Shown: positions 17,811 through 26,828 of the stretch, piece after piece
Position numbering within the stretch: position 1 is the first letter of the stretch
Layout: every line of letters begins with the position of its first letter
The notes under the pieces: generated by a model
Told to the model about the DNA's origin: nothing
The model's input: the letters and a program-made list of their open reading frames with translations, nothing else
The model's database searches: none
Translations under genes and position numbers: made by a program
DNA from: Gammaproteobacteria bacterium
Lineage (GTDB): Bacteria; Pseudomonadota; Gammaproteobacteria; GCA-2400775
DNA length: 51,572 nucleotides
Direction of reading: 5' to 3'
NCBI GenBank assembly: GCA_002400905.2
Contig: NVRQ02000100.1
Location: 1 to 51,572 of the forward strand

Positions 17811-18883
17811 TATTGTATGACCGATTTTCCGGCTGGTTGAACTATTACTTTCTGGCCAGGACGAAGACGCTCACCACCACGTATGACAACACGGTCGCCT
17901 GCTGCCAACTCACCGCTAACTTCAATCCACTCGCCATCGGCACTACCAAGCACCACATCAATTGGCTCGGCAATGTCATCGTTATTGATTCGATAGACAC
18001 GTGTCGAGTTAGAACGCAATACTAAGGCGTCACGCGGCACAACCAACGATTGCTTATCCTCTCCTGTCGGCACGGCAACTCGCACTGATTGTCCTGGTCG
18101 CCAATCGGGGTGATGAAAACTTAACCGCAGATCGGCAAGACGAGAAACGATATCCCCCACCGGCACCAGCGAACGCAACGTTGCTAATACCTCACTATTT
18201 ATTGCCTTTACCCGCAAAGGTGTCTCTGTCGTGATATAAGCCATCGAATCTAATGGGATTCGCGCACGCACTTCTAAATTGCCAATATCAATCAGCTCAA
18301 CAACAGCATCACCACTCTCTGCCCATTCGCCCGGCTCAAGTAAACGCTGCGCAACCGTGCCGCTAAATGGGGCTTTGATATGGCTACGCTCTACGCGGTC
18401 TTTCGACTGAGCAAAACGCGAGCGCGCTGCGGCCAAAGCACCTTGTGTTGCATCACGATCCGATTGCGTTTGCTCTAACTGCGTGCGCGCAGCGTGATTT
18501 GTTTTTGCCAGTTGTTGCAGGCGTTCAACCTCACTACTAAAAAAAGTCAACCGAGCCTGCTCACTGGTAATTTGTGCACGTAATTCATCGTATTGCAATG
18601 TCACAGCGCTGGCATCGATACGTGCCAAGATGTCACCTTGCTTCACTAACTGCCCGACCTCAGCCACCTCCAACAGTCTTCCCGTCACCTCAGACGCGAT
18701 ATTCGCCTGACTGCGACTATAAACACTACCGAAAAACCAACTGCTTGGCGCAATCGCCTGTTGTTTTGCAATAGCCACCACTACCGGTGCAGGCGGCGGT
18801 CCATCGGCGGCAGACACTGGCCCCAATATAAACAGGCAAGTCAGCAAAGACACTTTTGTGTGCAGTAATAATAATTTTGCCAC
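17810..18883 (-). CDS. RND efflux periplasmic adaptor (MFP/HlyD family)
   Basis: 357 aa with a signal/anchor, lipoyl, coiled-coil and beta-barrel layout. Its stop overlaps the permease start. Confidence 0.85.
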   Translation of the reverse strand: MAKLLLLHTKVSLLTCLFILGPVSAADGPPPAPVVVAIAKQQAIAPSSWFFGSVYSRSQANIASEVTGRLLEVAEVGQLVKQGDILARIDASAVTLQYDELRAQITSEQARLTFFSSEVERLQQLAKTNHAARTQLEQTQSDRDATQGALAAARSRFAQSKDRVERSHIKAPFSGTVAQRLLEPGEWAESGDAVVELIDIGNLEVRARIPLDSMAYITTETPLRVKAINSEVLATLRSLVPVGDIVSRLADLRLSFHHPDWRPGQSVRVAVPTGEDKQSLVVPRDALVLRSNSTRVYRINNDDIAEPIDVVLGSADGEWIEVSGELAAGDRVVIRGGERLRPGQKVIVQPAGKSVIQ

Positions 18884-19000
18884 TAAAATTCAAATATCGC
18901 TAATACGGTAGACCACTATATAATACCTTGCGGATTGGTTGAACTTGTTTCGAGCCAATTATAAAAGTATAAAAATACGATAACACAAGGGAGCTCTACT

Positions 19001-20779
19001 TTGGCCGCGATTCGATTGCGTATACCGAAACAAAATCCAGACTATATTGGGTCGGTACCTGACACACAAAAAGCGCTAAAAAAATGGTGCGACAACTTGT
19101 CATTGGCCAATGAGCGTGATTCTATTGTTACGCTGCAAACCATGGTCGACCGCATGAATCGCGTACCCATCAAGCCCGAAATTCGCTTTCAGCTGTTAAT
19201 GCATTTACATCCCGTAGTATGTGAGCTAACCAGCATTGCAAAAAAACCGTATTTAAATACCCGCCTTCCCTTATTATTCAAAACAGCTCAGTCGGCCGAA
19301 GAGCAACGCAAGCTGCTTACTGCAATGGCCGATGGCTATAAAATTATCGCCGCAGAACAACTACAATCCAGTCAAACACTCGCAGGCCATGCACACTTAA
19401 CCGAACATACTTTATATCAAGCGCTGCGTTACCTTAGCTTAATCATACTCGATCACTATTTAATCTACTCCGAACAGCCAACCATTATTTGGGGTGAATT
19501 GAATCAGCTTTTTGCCTTAGCCGAATCGAAAAGGCTCCACACACAACCCATCGCAATCACTGACAAACATGCACCCGCGACAATTCTAGACGTGTATCAA
19601 CGTATTTTATTGCTAGCCCTGACTAATCCATACCATCTCATGCAGGGCGAGGCGGCAAGGCTCTATAAACATCTTACCGTCTGGGCCAGTTACGCACGTT
19701 TGCTCAGTGGCCCTTACCAACCCGGTAAAATAGGCAAATTTGTTGTTGATCTGGCTGCTGCTGCGCCACCCAAATACTCTTCTCATGCTTCAAGCCCAAA
19801 TCCACCGCGTGTTGCAAGGGTAATAGACGTTAGCCGCTTGCTTGATTATTTAGAAAACATCATCTCGCAACAAAGCCTAAGTAAAGCCACCATCGCTGAA
19901 CGCATTGAGCAAGGTATGTTCCGTCGTGTCACGCGCATTTGGGGGGCACGCTCTGAACGCCTTTCACCGCGCATCGCAAGCGATGTTAATGCAGAGATCG
20001 TATTCAGCTTGCGCCACAGTCACCAACTAATGAGTCACAGTGATGAGTTTAACCCTGAAGAAACTGAGGCGACAATACTACGAGGTGACTCAAGTGAAGA
20101 GCACAGCAGCACAATGCTTTTAATGCCTACTGAAAATCAAAAATGGGAGCATGAACGGCCACGACATAAAGCAGAGACTGGCCATCAACAACCGCGCGCG
20201 TCTAACTTTGATACGGAGACCGATCACCGGGATATCTGGAAAAAGGTCTACTCTACCAGCGCCCAGGCTGAACATTTCATCGATGAAAATACGCCCCAAG
20301 AGCGCGCACCAGAATATACTATTTCCTTAGGCAAGCAAGGCACTGAGAGTTCAGGTGGTATCGATCTATCCTGTAACACTGAAAACGGTATCTCGCTGCG
20401 AGTCGGTGATGCCGTTGGCTTTCGCACCCCGGTGCCTGGCGCCGACGATACCTGGGAGATTGGCAGCATTACTTGGCTTCGTTTCATCAATGACGGCACT
20501 GTTTACCTTGGTATTAAGCGTATTGCGGGTGATGCATTACCCGTCGCCAGCCGTGGCATAGTTGGCGTCGGCGAGGGCAGCGAATATTATCGGTCTCTAA
20601 TCGTGCCTAAGTTAGACCCTGAAGAAAACCCAACCTCCATTATGACTCCAGCCGCTGTCTACGATGTTGACTCACGTATTTTTATCAATACTGGAGAAAA
20701 AATACTTCATGTTAGGCTAACGCAAATGGTCGATACGACTAATTCTTATTCACTCTTTCGCTTTGAACGCCTACATTAA
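19001..20779 (+). CDS. Large hypothetical protein; C-terminal region looks PilZ-like (beta-barrel)
   Basis: 592 aa. The TTG start is preceded by AAGGGAG at 6-nt spacing. It has a helical N-terminal ~330 aa and a charged, low-complexity middle. The C-terminus IDLSCNTENGISLRVGDAVGFR...WEIGSITWLRF...GTVYLGIKRI resembles PilZ barrels, but without a clear RxxxR. Confidence 0.6.
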   Translation: MAAIRLRIPKQNPDYIGSVPDTQKALKKWCDNLSLANERDSIVTLQTMVDRMNRVPIKPEIRFQLLMHLHPVVCELTSIAKKPYLNTRLPLLFKTAQSAEEQRKLLTAMADGYKIIAAEQLQSSQTLAGHAHLTEHTLYQALRYLSLIILDHYLIYSEQPTIIWGELNQLFALAESKRLHTQPIAITDKHAPATILDVYQRILLLALTNPYHLMQGEAARLYKHLTVWASYARLLSGPYQPGKIGKFVVDLAAAAPPKYSSHASSPNPPRVARVIDVSRLLDYLENIISQQSLSKATIAERIEQGMFRRVTRIWGARSERLSPRIASDVNAEIVFSLRHSHQLMSHSDEFNPEETEATILRGDSSEEHSSTMLLMPTENQKWEHERPRHKAETGHQQPRASNFDTETDHRDIWKKVYSTSAQAEHFIDENTPQERAPEYTISLGKQGTESSGGIDLSCNTENGISLRVGDAVGFRTPVPGADDTWEIGSITWLRFINDGTVYLGIKRIAGDALPVASRGIVGVGEGSEYYRSLIVPKLDPEENPTSIMTPAAVYDVDSRIFINTGEKILHVRLTQMVDTTNSYSLFRFERLH

Positions 20780-21090
20780 CTGATACCAAAGAGGTATCCG
20801 CCAATATTAGGGAACCTCTGATTTATTTTGGACGAAGTAGAGGGTGATCTAAAATATTCAGATTCAAGGCGTGAATCGCACGCAATAGCAGGCTATTACG
20901 CCCTGAGGCAATGCGGTAGCATTGCTGAAGAAGTACTCTTGGGGTACGAAGATTTGCAACGCAGAAGCCGGCTATTTTAGGCTCAAGATACGCGTTCATG
21001 AATAAATCAGAGCTTCCCTAGCCCAACCCTTAACTTTTGACCCAATATGCCGACATGGTTATTATCCATAACAACAGTGAGGATAATGGC

Positions 21091-21432
21091 ATGGCCCAAA
21101 CACCAGAAATTAAGAAAGATGAGATGTATCGCATGCTACGCGGAGGTGAAATGGAAGAATTTAACCAACGCTTAGCGAGTGGCGAAAAACCAGATTTAAC
21201 TAACTGTGATTTTCGCAATGTTGACCTGCAAGGAATGGATGCAGGCGAGCTTGCTTTCACCAACAGTTATTTCCGTCAGGCCGACCTACGTGGTGTTGAT
21301 TTCAGTAAATGTGATATGCATGGCGCCAGCATTCATGGTGCAAAAATCAGCGGCGTATTCTTCCCACCTACTATCGATCCATACGAGATTTTTATGTCAT
21401 ACCAATACGGTATTCGGCTACGTTACAAGTAA
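21091..21432 (+). CDS. Pentapeptide-repeat protein
   Basis: Contains DLTNCDFRNVDLQGMDAGELAFTNSYFRQADLRGVDFSKCDMHGASIHGAKISG. The start is placed at ATG 21091 (GAGGA 8 nt upstream) rather than the track start 21037. Confidence 0.75.
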   Translation: MAQTPEIKKDEMYRMLRGGEMEEFNQRLASGEKPDLTNCDFRNVDLQGMDAGELAFTNSYFRQADLRGVDFSKCDMHGASIHGAKISGVFFPPTIDPYEIFMSYQYGIRLRYK

Positions 21433-21476
21433 CAACCCTACCGTTTCGCGCGGTCATCGCTCCATCGTTATCAGGG

Positions 21477-22469
21477 TTAGCAAACCATCAATTTAGGCAG
21501 TACGCGCCGGTTGATAAAATCGATTAAAGGTTGCAACACTGGATAACCTTCAAGCCGGCAAATATAACCAAGCGTTCGCGGCACATCACCAAGATAACCC
21601 TCTTTGCCATCACGATGAGATAGGCGCGCAAAAATTCCAGCCGCTTTGAGATGACGCTGCACACCCATTAAATCAAACCAACGCATGAAATTATCACGCT
21701 CATTGTTCTTTAGTAAACCGCAAGCCTGCGCACCATCACAGTAATAAGCCAACCATTGTTGTTGCCGTGCTAGCGGCCATTCAATATAACAATCACGCAA
21801 TAGCGACACCAGGTCATAGCTCATTGGCCCTCTCACTGCATCCTGAAAATCCAATATCCCTGGATTATTGTTAGCACACACCATAAGGTTGCGCGAATGG
21901 TAATCACGATGCACCCATGTTTGTGGCTGCGCTAAAGCACTCTCAGCAAGCAACTCAAATATAGAGGTCAGCATGGACTCTTCGCCATCACTTAAATTGA
22001 AACCCAGATGCTGCCCCACGAGCCATTGGCGAAACAGTTCCATTTCTGCCATGAATAGCTTTTTGTCGTAAGCAGGTAATGCTAGATTACTTTTGCTACC
22101 GCCTTGCTGCAACTGCAATAGCGCATCGATGGCATCGTGATAGAGCTGATCCGCAGACTCGCCATTCAATGACGACAGATAGTTCGTCTCACCCAAATCA
22201 GATAACAATAAAAACCCAGCATCAAAATTTTGCTGCTGGATGTGCGGCACGTTAAGTCCCATGTCATACAGCTCCCTAGCAATACGAACAAAAGGCACAC
22301 AGTCTTCTTTATCAGGCGGGGCATCCATCACTATCGACGTTTCGCCTTCAGCGCGCACGCGAAAATAACGACGAAAACTAGCATCGGCAGATGCTGGCAC
22401 AATGCGCGAGACGGACAAATTCAAATCGTCGCGCAACCAATTGCTTAGTTCTATAAAACGTGTGTCCAC
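21477..22469 (-). CDS. amgK: Aminoglycoside-phosphotransferase-fold anomeric MurNAc/GlcNAc kinase
   Basis: 330 aa with SFRRYFRV, HRDYHSRNLM and ILDFQDA motifs. It lies on the strand opposite lptD, as for amgK (PA0596) in Pseudomonas, although here an RND pair lies in between. Confidence 0.7.
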   Translation of the reverse strand: MDTRFIELSNWLRDDLNLSVSRIVPASADASFRRYFRVRAEGETSIVMDAPPDKEDCVPFVRIARELYDMGLNVPHIQQQNFDAGFLLLSDLGETNYLSSLNGESADQLYHDAIDALLQLQQGGSKSNLALPAYDKKLFMAEMELFRQWLVGQHLGFNLSDGEESMLTSIFELLAESALAQPQTWVHRDYHSRNLMVCANNNPGILDFQDAVRGPMSYDLVSLLRDCYIEWPLARQQQWLAYYCDGAQACGLLKNNERDNFMRWFDLMGVQRHLKAAGIFARLSHRDGKEGYLGDVPRTLGYICRLEGYPVLQPLIDFINRRVLPKLMVC

Positions 22470-22481
22470 AATAATTATTCG

Positions 22482-25400
22482 CTAAGTGTCTATTTCAGTA
22501 GGTTGATGAGGGGCCTTACCATGAATCATTCGGCTGAAGGCGCTACGCATATCATCAGCAATTAAATAAAAACACGGTAGCACCAATAAGATCAATATAG
22601 TTGCGAACAACAAACCAAAGCCAAGACTAACCGCCATCGGCGCCAGGATTTTAGTTTGCCCAGTCGAGAAAAATATTAACGGTGAGACGCCTAAAAAAGT
22701 GGTGATACTCGTCAACAAAATTGGACGTGTTCGCACACGACCCGCATCAATAATTGCTTCAATGCGCTCAATGCCGTCAGCGCGTCGTTTTTTAACAAAA
22801 TCGATCAAGATCAACGAGTCATTGACCACGATACCCGCTAGCGCGAGGAAACCAATCAATGATAAAAACTGCAACTGCAAACCCAAAACAACATGACCAA
22901 CCACCACACCTATCAAACCAAATGGAATCGCAATAATGACTACAAAGGGATCAAGTAATGATTTGAATAGCGCCGCCAGGATAAAAAATATAATCACCAA
23001 AGCAATAATCAAAGCATCGAACATATCCGCGACCGATCGACTCGCATCACGTTTTTCACCAAGATAAAATAACTCAAAGCCAGGTAAACCAGAGCGTGAC
23101 TCGAATTCTTTATTCAGTAATGCGGTCACTTCTAATGGCGTGGTGACATCCGTATCAACATCAGCCGTTACAGTTGCCAAACGTTGCAAATCACGTCGAT
23201 TGACCTGGTTAAACCCGCGCCCTATCTCTATATCAGCAACTTGACCGAGAAAAACTGACTTGCCTTCTGGCAACACAATTCTGAGTAGCTGCAAATCTGC
23301 TGCTTCGGTACGAACGGACTCCGGATAGATAACACGCACGGGCATACGTTTATCTCCTACCGTCACCTCCGCCACCTCGAGGCCTTGAAAACCAGTACGC
23401 ACCGCCTCAGCTAATTGCGATTGTGTTAACCCCAACTGTCTGCCGCGCTCATTAAGGCTATATTGATATTCGAGTTTACCCGGCTCGAAATCTTGATTGA
23501 CATCAGTTACGCCGGGTATTTGCCGTAAATAATCACGCATAGCGACACTCACTGTTCGCAGACCGTCGACCGTCTCCGATGCGACACCCACTTCAATATC
23601 TGCACCTGCCGGGCCTGCTTGCGTGCTTACAATTGAGACACGACGAATACCCGACACACTTTCCAATCGTACCCTAATCGCATTAGTCACTTCAGTAGTG
23701 GTACGCGAACGGGTTCCACCATTATCAAACTTCAATCTAACAACCGGCCCGACCCAGTTCTCGATAAAGCCTTCGGGTTGACGTTTATTAAGATCGATAA
23801 TGTATTGAATATAATTATTACCAAATTTGAATACAGAAAAATCAACAAAACTAACGCCAATGTTGGTGAGCATACTGTTAAGTTCTTTGTCTTCGTCCAC
23901 CACCTCTAAAATAGCTTTTTCAACACGCTTAGCCAGCTCAGTGGTATCTTCCAAACTGTAAGTGTTTGGCGCCTCAACATTGACAAAAAATTGACCGGTA
24001 TCCAGCTTACCAAACATAATATAAGGCACGCGCGTGACCGCAAAGATAGCGGTCAAAATCAACACCCCCACTGTTGCGATTGTCACGAAGTAGCGATTAA
24101 ACAAACACCAACGCAATGCAACAACATAACGCTCAAGTAAGACACGCCAACCATCACTGCCACCTTCGCGACGTTTTTTAACACGCAGAAATTGGTGTGC
24201 ATGAGAAGGCAATACAGCAAAAGCTTCTAACAACGATCCAATCAGACATGCCGTGACCACAATCGGAATAACTTTAATGAACTGCCCCATAGTGCCTCCG
24301 ATAGCAAACATCGGTAAAAATGCGGCAATGCTTGTTGTCGTCGCCGCCATAACCGGCCAGAACACTTCACGCGAACCAATCAAAGCCGCATCGCGCGGCG
24401 ACTTACCCAACTCCATATGACGATAGATATTTTCGGTAACAATTATGGCGTCGTCAACAATCATTCCTAGCGCAAGCAAAAAAGCAAACATCGACACCAT
24501 ATTGATGCTCTGCCCCGAATAGTTCATAAGAATGACAGCAAATAAAAATGAAACTGGAATGCCTAATGCGGTAATTAATGCGACACGAAAATTCAAAAAT
24601 AAATAAAGTGACAACAACACCAGCACCAAGCCAACAACACCCGATGACTTAACGGTGTTTAAACGCGTTTCAATATAGACAGACAAATCACTGAAAGCCG
24701 ACACGCCAATGTTATTGGGCAATTCGCTTTGCAAATCAACAACCAGCTGCTTAACTTCACGCGCAATCTCGGTTGTTGAGCCGTCGGGGGTTTTTGTCAC
24801 CGTAATATTAACTGAAGGGCGGCTATTGAAACGGCCTAGCGTGCGGACTTCTTCTAAACGCCGCTCTATCGTGGCCAATTGACCTAACTCTAAATTACCA
24901 CCGTTAGCATTGGTGCCGACTATCAGCCGCGATACACTTTCCGGGTCAGGGGTAACTCCCTTACCACGCAGCAAAATGTCGCCTTCACGCGCCTCGATAG
25001 AGCCGCCAGGTAAATCGCGTAAATTCTGGCGCAACGCTGTCGTGACACGCGACAGCGAAACCTTTGAGCTGGCGAGCTTTTCCGGATCGACAATAACCCA
25101 CAGCTCCCAGTCACGATAACCGCTGATATTCGCACTAGAGACACCTGAAATAGCCAGCAGACGTCGTTTAACCTGATCACTCAAATCAATTAAATAACCT
25201 TGACTAACATCACCATACAAAGCCACGCTGATAACAGGAAAGCGTGCCTTAATACGCCGCAATTCAGGCTCTTCAGCCTCGTCAGGCAATTCAGTAATAC
25301 GATCCAACACCGTGCGGCTGTCACGCATGAATTCATCAACATCAGCATCGGGTTTGAGTTCGATAGTAATCTCGGAGCTACCTTCAACACTGGTTGAACG

Positions 25401-25640
25401 AATAACGTCGATATCAGCAAGGCCGTCAAACTCTTCTTCAATCAACAAGGTGACTTGCCGTTCAACTTCTTCTGGTGACGCACCCGCATAGATTGTGCTG
25501 ATCGCCACCTTATCAGTTTCAATTTCAGGGAAAAGTTCTTCTGGCATTGATTGCCATGACATCACGCCAATGGTAATGACCAACAACAGAAAGAGATTGG
25601 TAATCAATGCATTTTGGATGGCGAAACGAACGAGAAACAT
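22482..25640 (-). CDS. RND efflux transporter permease
   Basis: 1052 aa with RND architecture (ALGMIVDDAIIVTENI; the C-terminal half repeats the fold). Confidence 0.9.
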   Translation of the reverse strand: MFLVRFAIQNALITNLFLLLVITIGVMSWQSMPEELFPEIETDKVAISTIYAGASPEEVERQVTLLIEEEFDGLADIDVIRSTSVEGSSEITIELKPDADVDEFMRDSRTVLDRITELPDEAEEPELRRIKARFPVISVALYGDVSQGYLIDLSDQVKRRLLAISGVSSANISGYRDWELWVIVDPEKLASSKVSLSRVTTALRQNLRDLPGGSIEAREGDILLRGKGVTPDPESVSRLIVGTNANGGNLELGQLATIERRLEEVRTLGRFNSRPSVNITVTKTPDGSTTEIAREVKQLVVDLQSELPNNIGVSAFSDLSVYIETRLNTVKSSGVVGLVLVLLSLYLFLNFRVALITALGIPVSFLFAVILMNYSGQSINMVSMFAFLLALGMIVDDAIIVTENIYRHMELGKSPRDAALIGSREVFWPVMAATTTSIAAFLPMFAIGGTMGQFIKVIPIVVTACLIGSLLEAFAVLPSHAHQFLRVKKRREGGSDGWRVLLERYVVALRWCLFNRYFVTIATVGVLILTAIFAVTRVPYIMFGKLDTGQFFVNVEAPNTYSLEDTTELAKRVEKAILEVVDEDKELNSMLTNIGVSFVDFSVFKFGNNYIQYIIDLNKRQPEGFIENWVGPVVRLKFDNGGTRSRTTTEVTNAIRVRLESVSGIRRVSIVSTQAGPAGADIEVGVASETVDGLRTVSVAMRDYLRQIPGVTDVNQDFEPGKLEYQYSLNERGRQLGLTQSQLAEAVRTGFQGLEVAEVTVGDKRMPVRVIYPESVRTEAADLQLLRIVLPEGKSVFLGQVADIEIGRGFNQVNRRDLQRLATVTADVDTDVTTPLEVTALLNKEFESRSGLPGFELFYLGEKRDASRSVADMFDALIIALVIIFFILAALFKSLLDPFVVIIAIPFGLIGVVVGHVVLGLQLQFLSLIGFLALAGIVVNDSLILIDFVKKRRADGIERIEAIIDAGRVRTRPILLTSITTFLGVSPLIFFSTGQTKILAPMAVSLGFGLLFATILILLVLPCFYLIADDMRSAFSRMIHGKAPHQPTEIDT

Positions 25641-25643
25641 AGG

Positions 25644-26810
25644 CTACTGAAGTACGTTAACAATCTGGCCGTCGCTAAGCGCAGCAACATCACGACTAAC
25701 CACCATATCGTTGCTGCTAATATCGCCAGCAACGATTTGCACATCGCGGTCACGAATCCCGATATTGATACGCACACGCTGCAAGGTACTCTCGGCCACC
25801 TTAAAGACATACGCAGCGCCATCTTCTTGCAAAACTGCGGTAACAGGCACGACCAATACATCTTCGTATATCAGCAACGGCAGTTCGGCACTGGCTATGG
25901 TCCCTGGCAGTAATCGTTCATTTTTAATACGAACACGCACGGCATGAGTAAACGTCTCGCTATCCGGATCACTCTGCAAAGCGACAATGACGCCATCGTC
26001 AACGGTGCCATTAATCTTTACTGGCACCGTTTGTTGCAATGACAAAGCACTCGCCGTGTCACCATCAACTTCTATTGCTAGATCAAACACATCTTGCTTG
26101 AGTATTTCGATAACCACCTGCGCAGTCGTAACAAAGTCGCCAACATCCGCATCGACACGGTTAACAACACTATCAAACGCGGCGCTTAACTGAGTGCGTT
26201 CAAGATTGCGTTGCTCACGGCGCAAGGCGGATTCACGCAGCACAATACGTGATTTAGCGGTATTAACGCTAAATCGTAGGATTTCTTCTTCAGCATTTAA
26301 TTGTAAAAGTAATTTGCGCGCATCATCAATTAATGACTGTGCAGCCAAAGAGCTGCTCGACAAGCGTTCCAACCTTTTAACTTCGCCTTCTTGTAATTCG
26401 GTATTACGCTCAGCAATATTAAGCAAACGACCATCGCGCCCACTGGCTGCACGTTCCTGATCAAGCTGCGCTTGCGCCTCGACCACGCGGTCACGATAAT
26501 CACCTTCTTCCAACGCCAACAACAATTCACCGGCCTTGACTCGCTGCCCTGGTTCGACTGCGCGTGAAATAACGCGACCACTCACTTCAAAATGCAGGCC
26601 CAGCTTGGTGGCCGCTTGCAAACGTCCGCTGACAACACGTGTTGGCTCAATATCACGCGTCACAACCGGTGTCACCGCTACGGTGACCAAACTGACCGCT
26701 TTCAGAACCGCCTTAGGCTCAGGCTTAGTCTTAATAAGGTAATAGGCGATCGCAACAATAGCGATCAACAGCAATAGAGTAAAAAACCAAGAAATCTTAC
26801 GAACAGGCAC
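25644..26810 (-). CDS. RND efflux periplasmic adaptor (MFP)
   Basis: 388 aa with an N-terminal TM anchor and coiled-coil and barrel segments. It lies 3 bp upstream of the permease. Confidence 0.85.
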   Translation of the reverse strand: MPVRKISWFFTLLLLIAIVAIAYYLIKTKPEPKAVLKAVSLVTVAVTPVVTRDIEPTRVVSGRLQAATKLGLHFEVSGRVISRAVEPGQRVKAGELLLALEEGDYRDRVVEAQAQLDQERAASGRDGRLLNIAERNTELQEGEVKRLERLSSSSLAAQSLIDDARKLLLQLNAEEEILRFSVNTAKSRIVLRESALRREQRNLERTQLSAAFDSVVNRVDADVGDFVTTAQVVIEILKQDVFDLAIEVDGDTASALSLQQTVPVKINGTVDDGVIVALQSDPDSETFTHAVRVRIKNERLLPGTIASAELPLLIYEDVLVVPVTAVLQEDGAAYVFKVAESTLQRVRINIGIRDRDVQIVAGDISSNDMVVSRDVAALSDGQIVNVLQ

Positions 26811-26828
26811 GGCGATTAGGCTATAAAT

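Noticed and set aside
20780-21036. Possible sRNA or riboswitch in the 250-bp gap (hairpin gcaatgc-ggta-gcattgc)
   Set aside because: It contains only a generic hairpin. It does not resemble any riboswitch or sRNA class I can recall, so the evidence is insufficient.
21037-21090. N-terminal extension of the pentapeptide-repeat ORF, and the antisense ORF 21030-21263
   Set aside because: The extension has no RBS, whereas ATG 21091 has GAGGA upstream. The antisense ORF is a shadow ORF.
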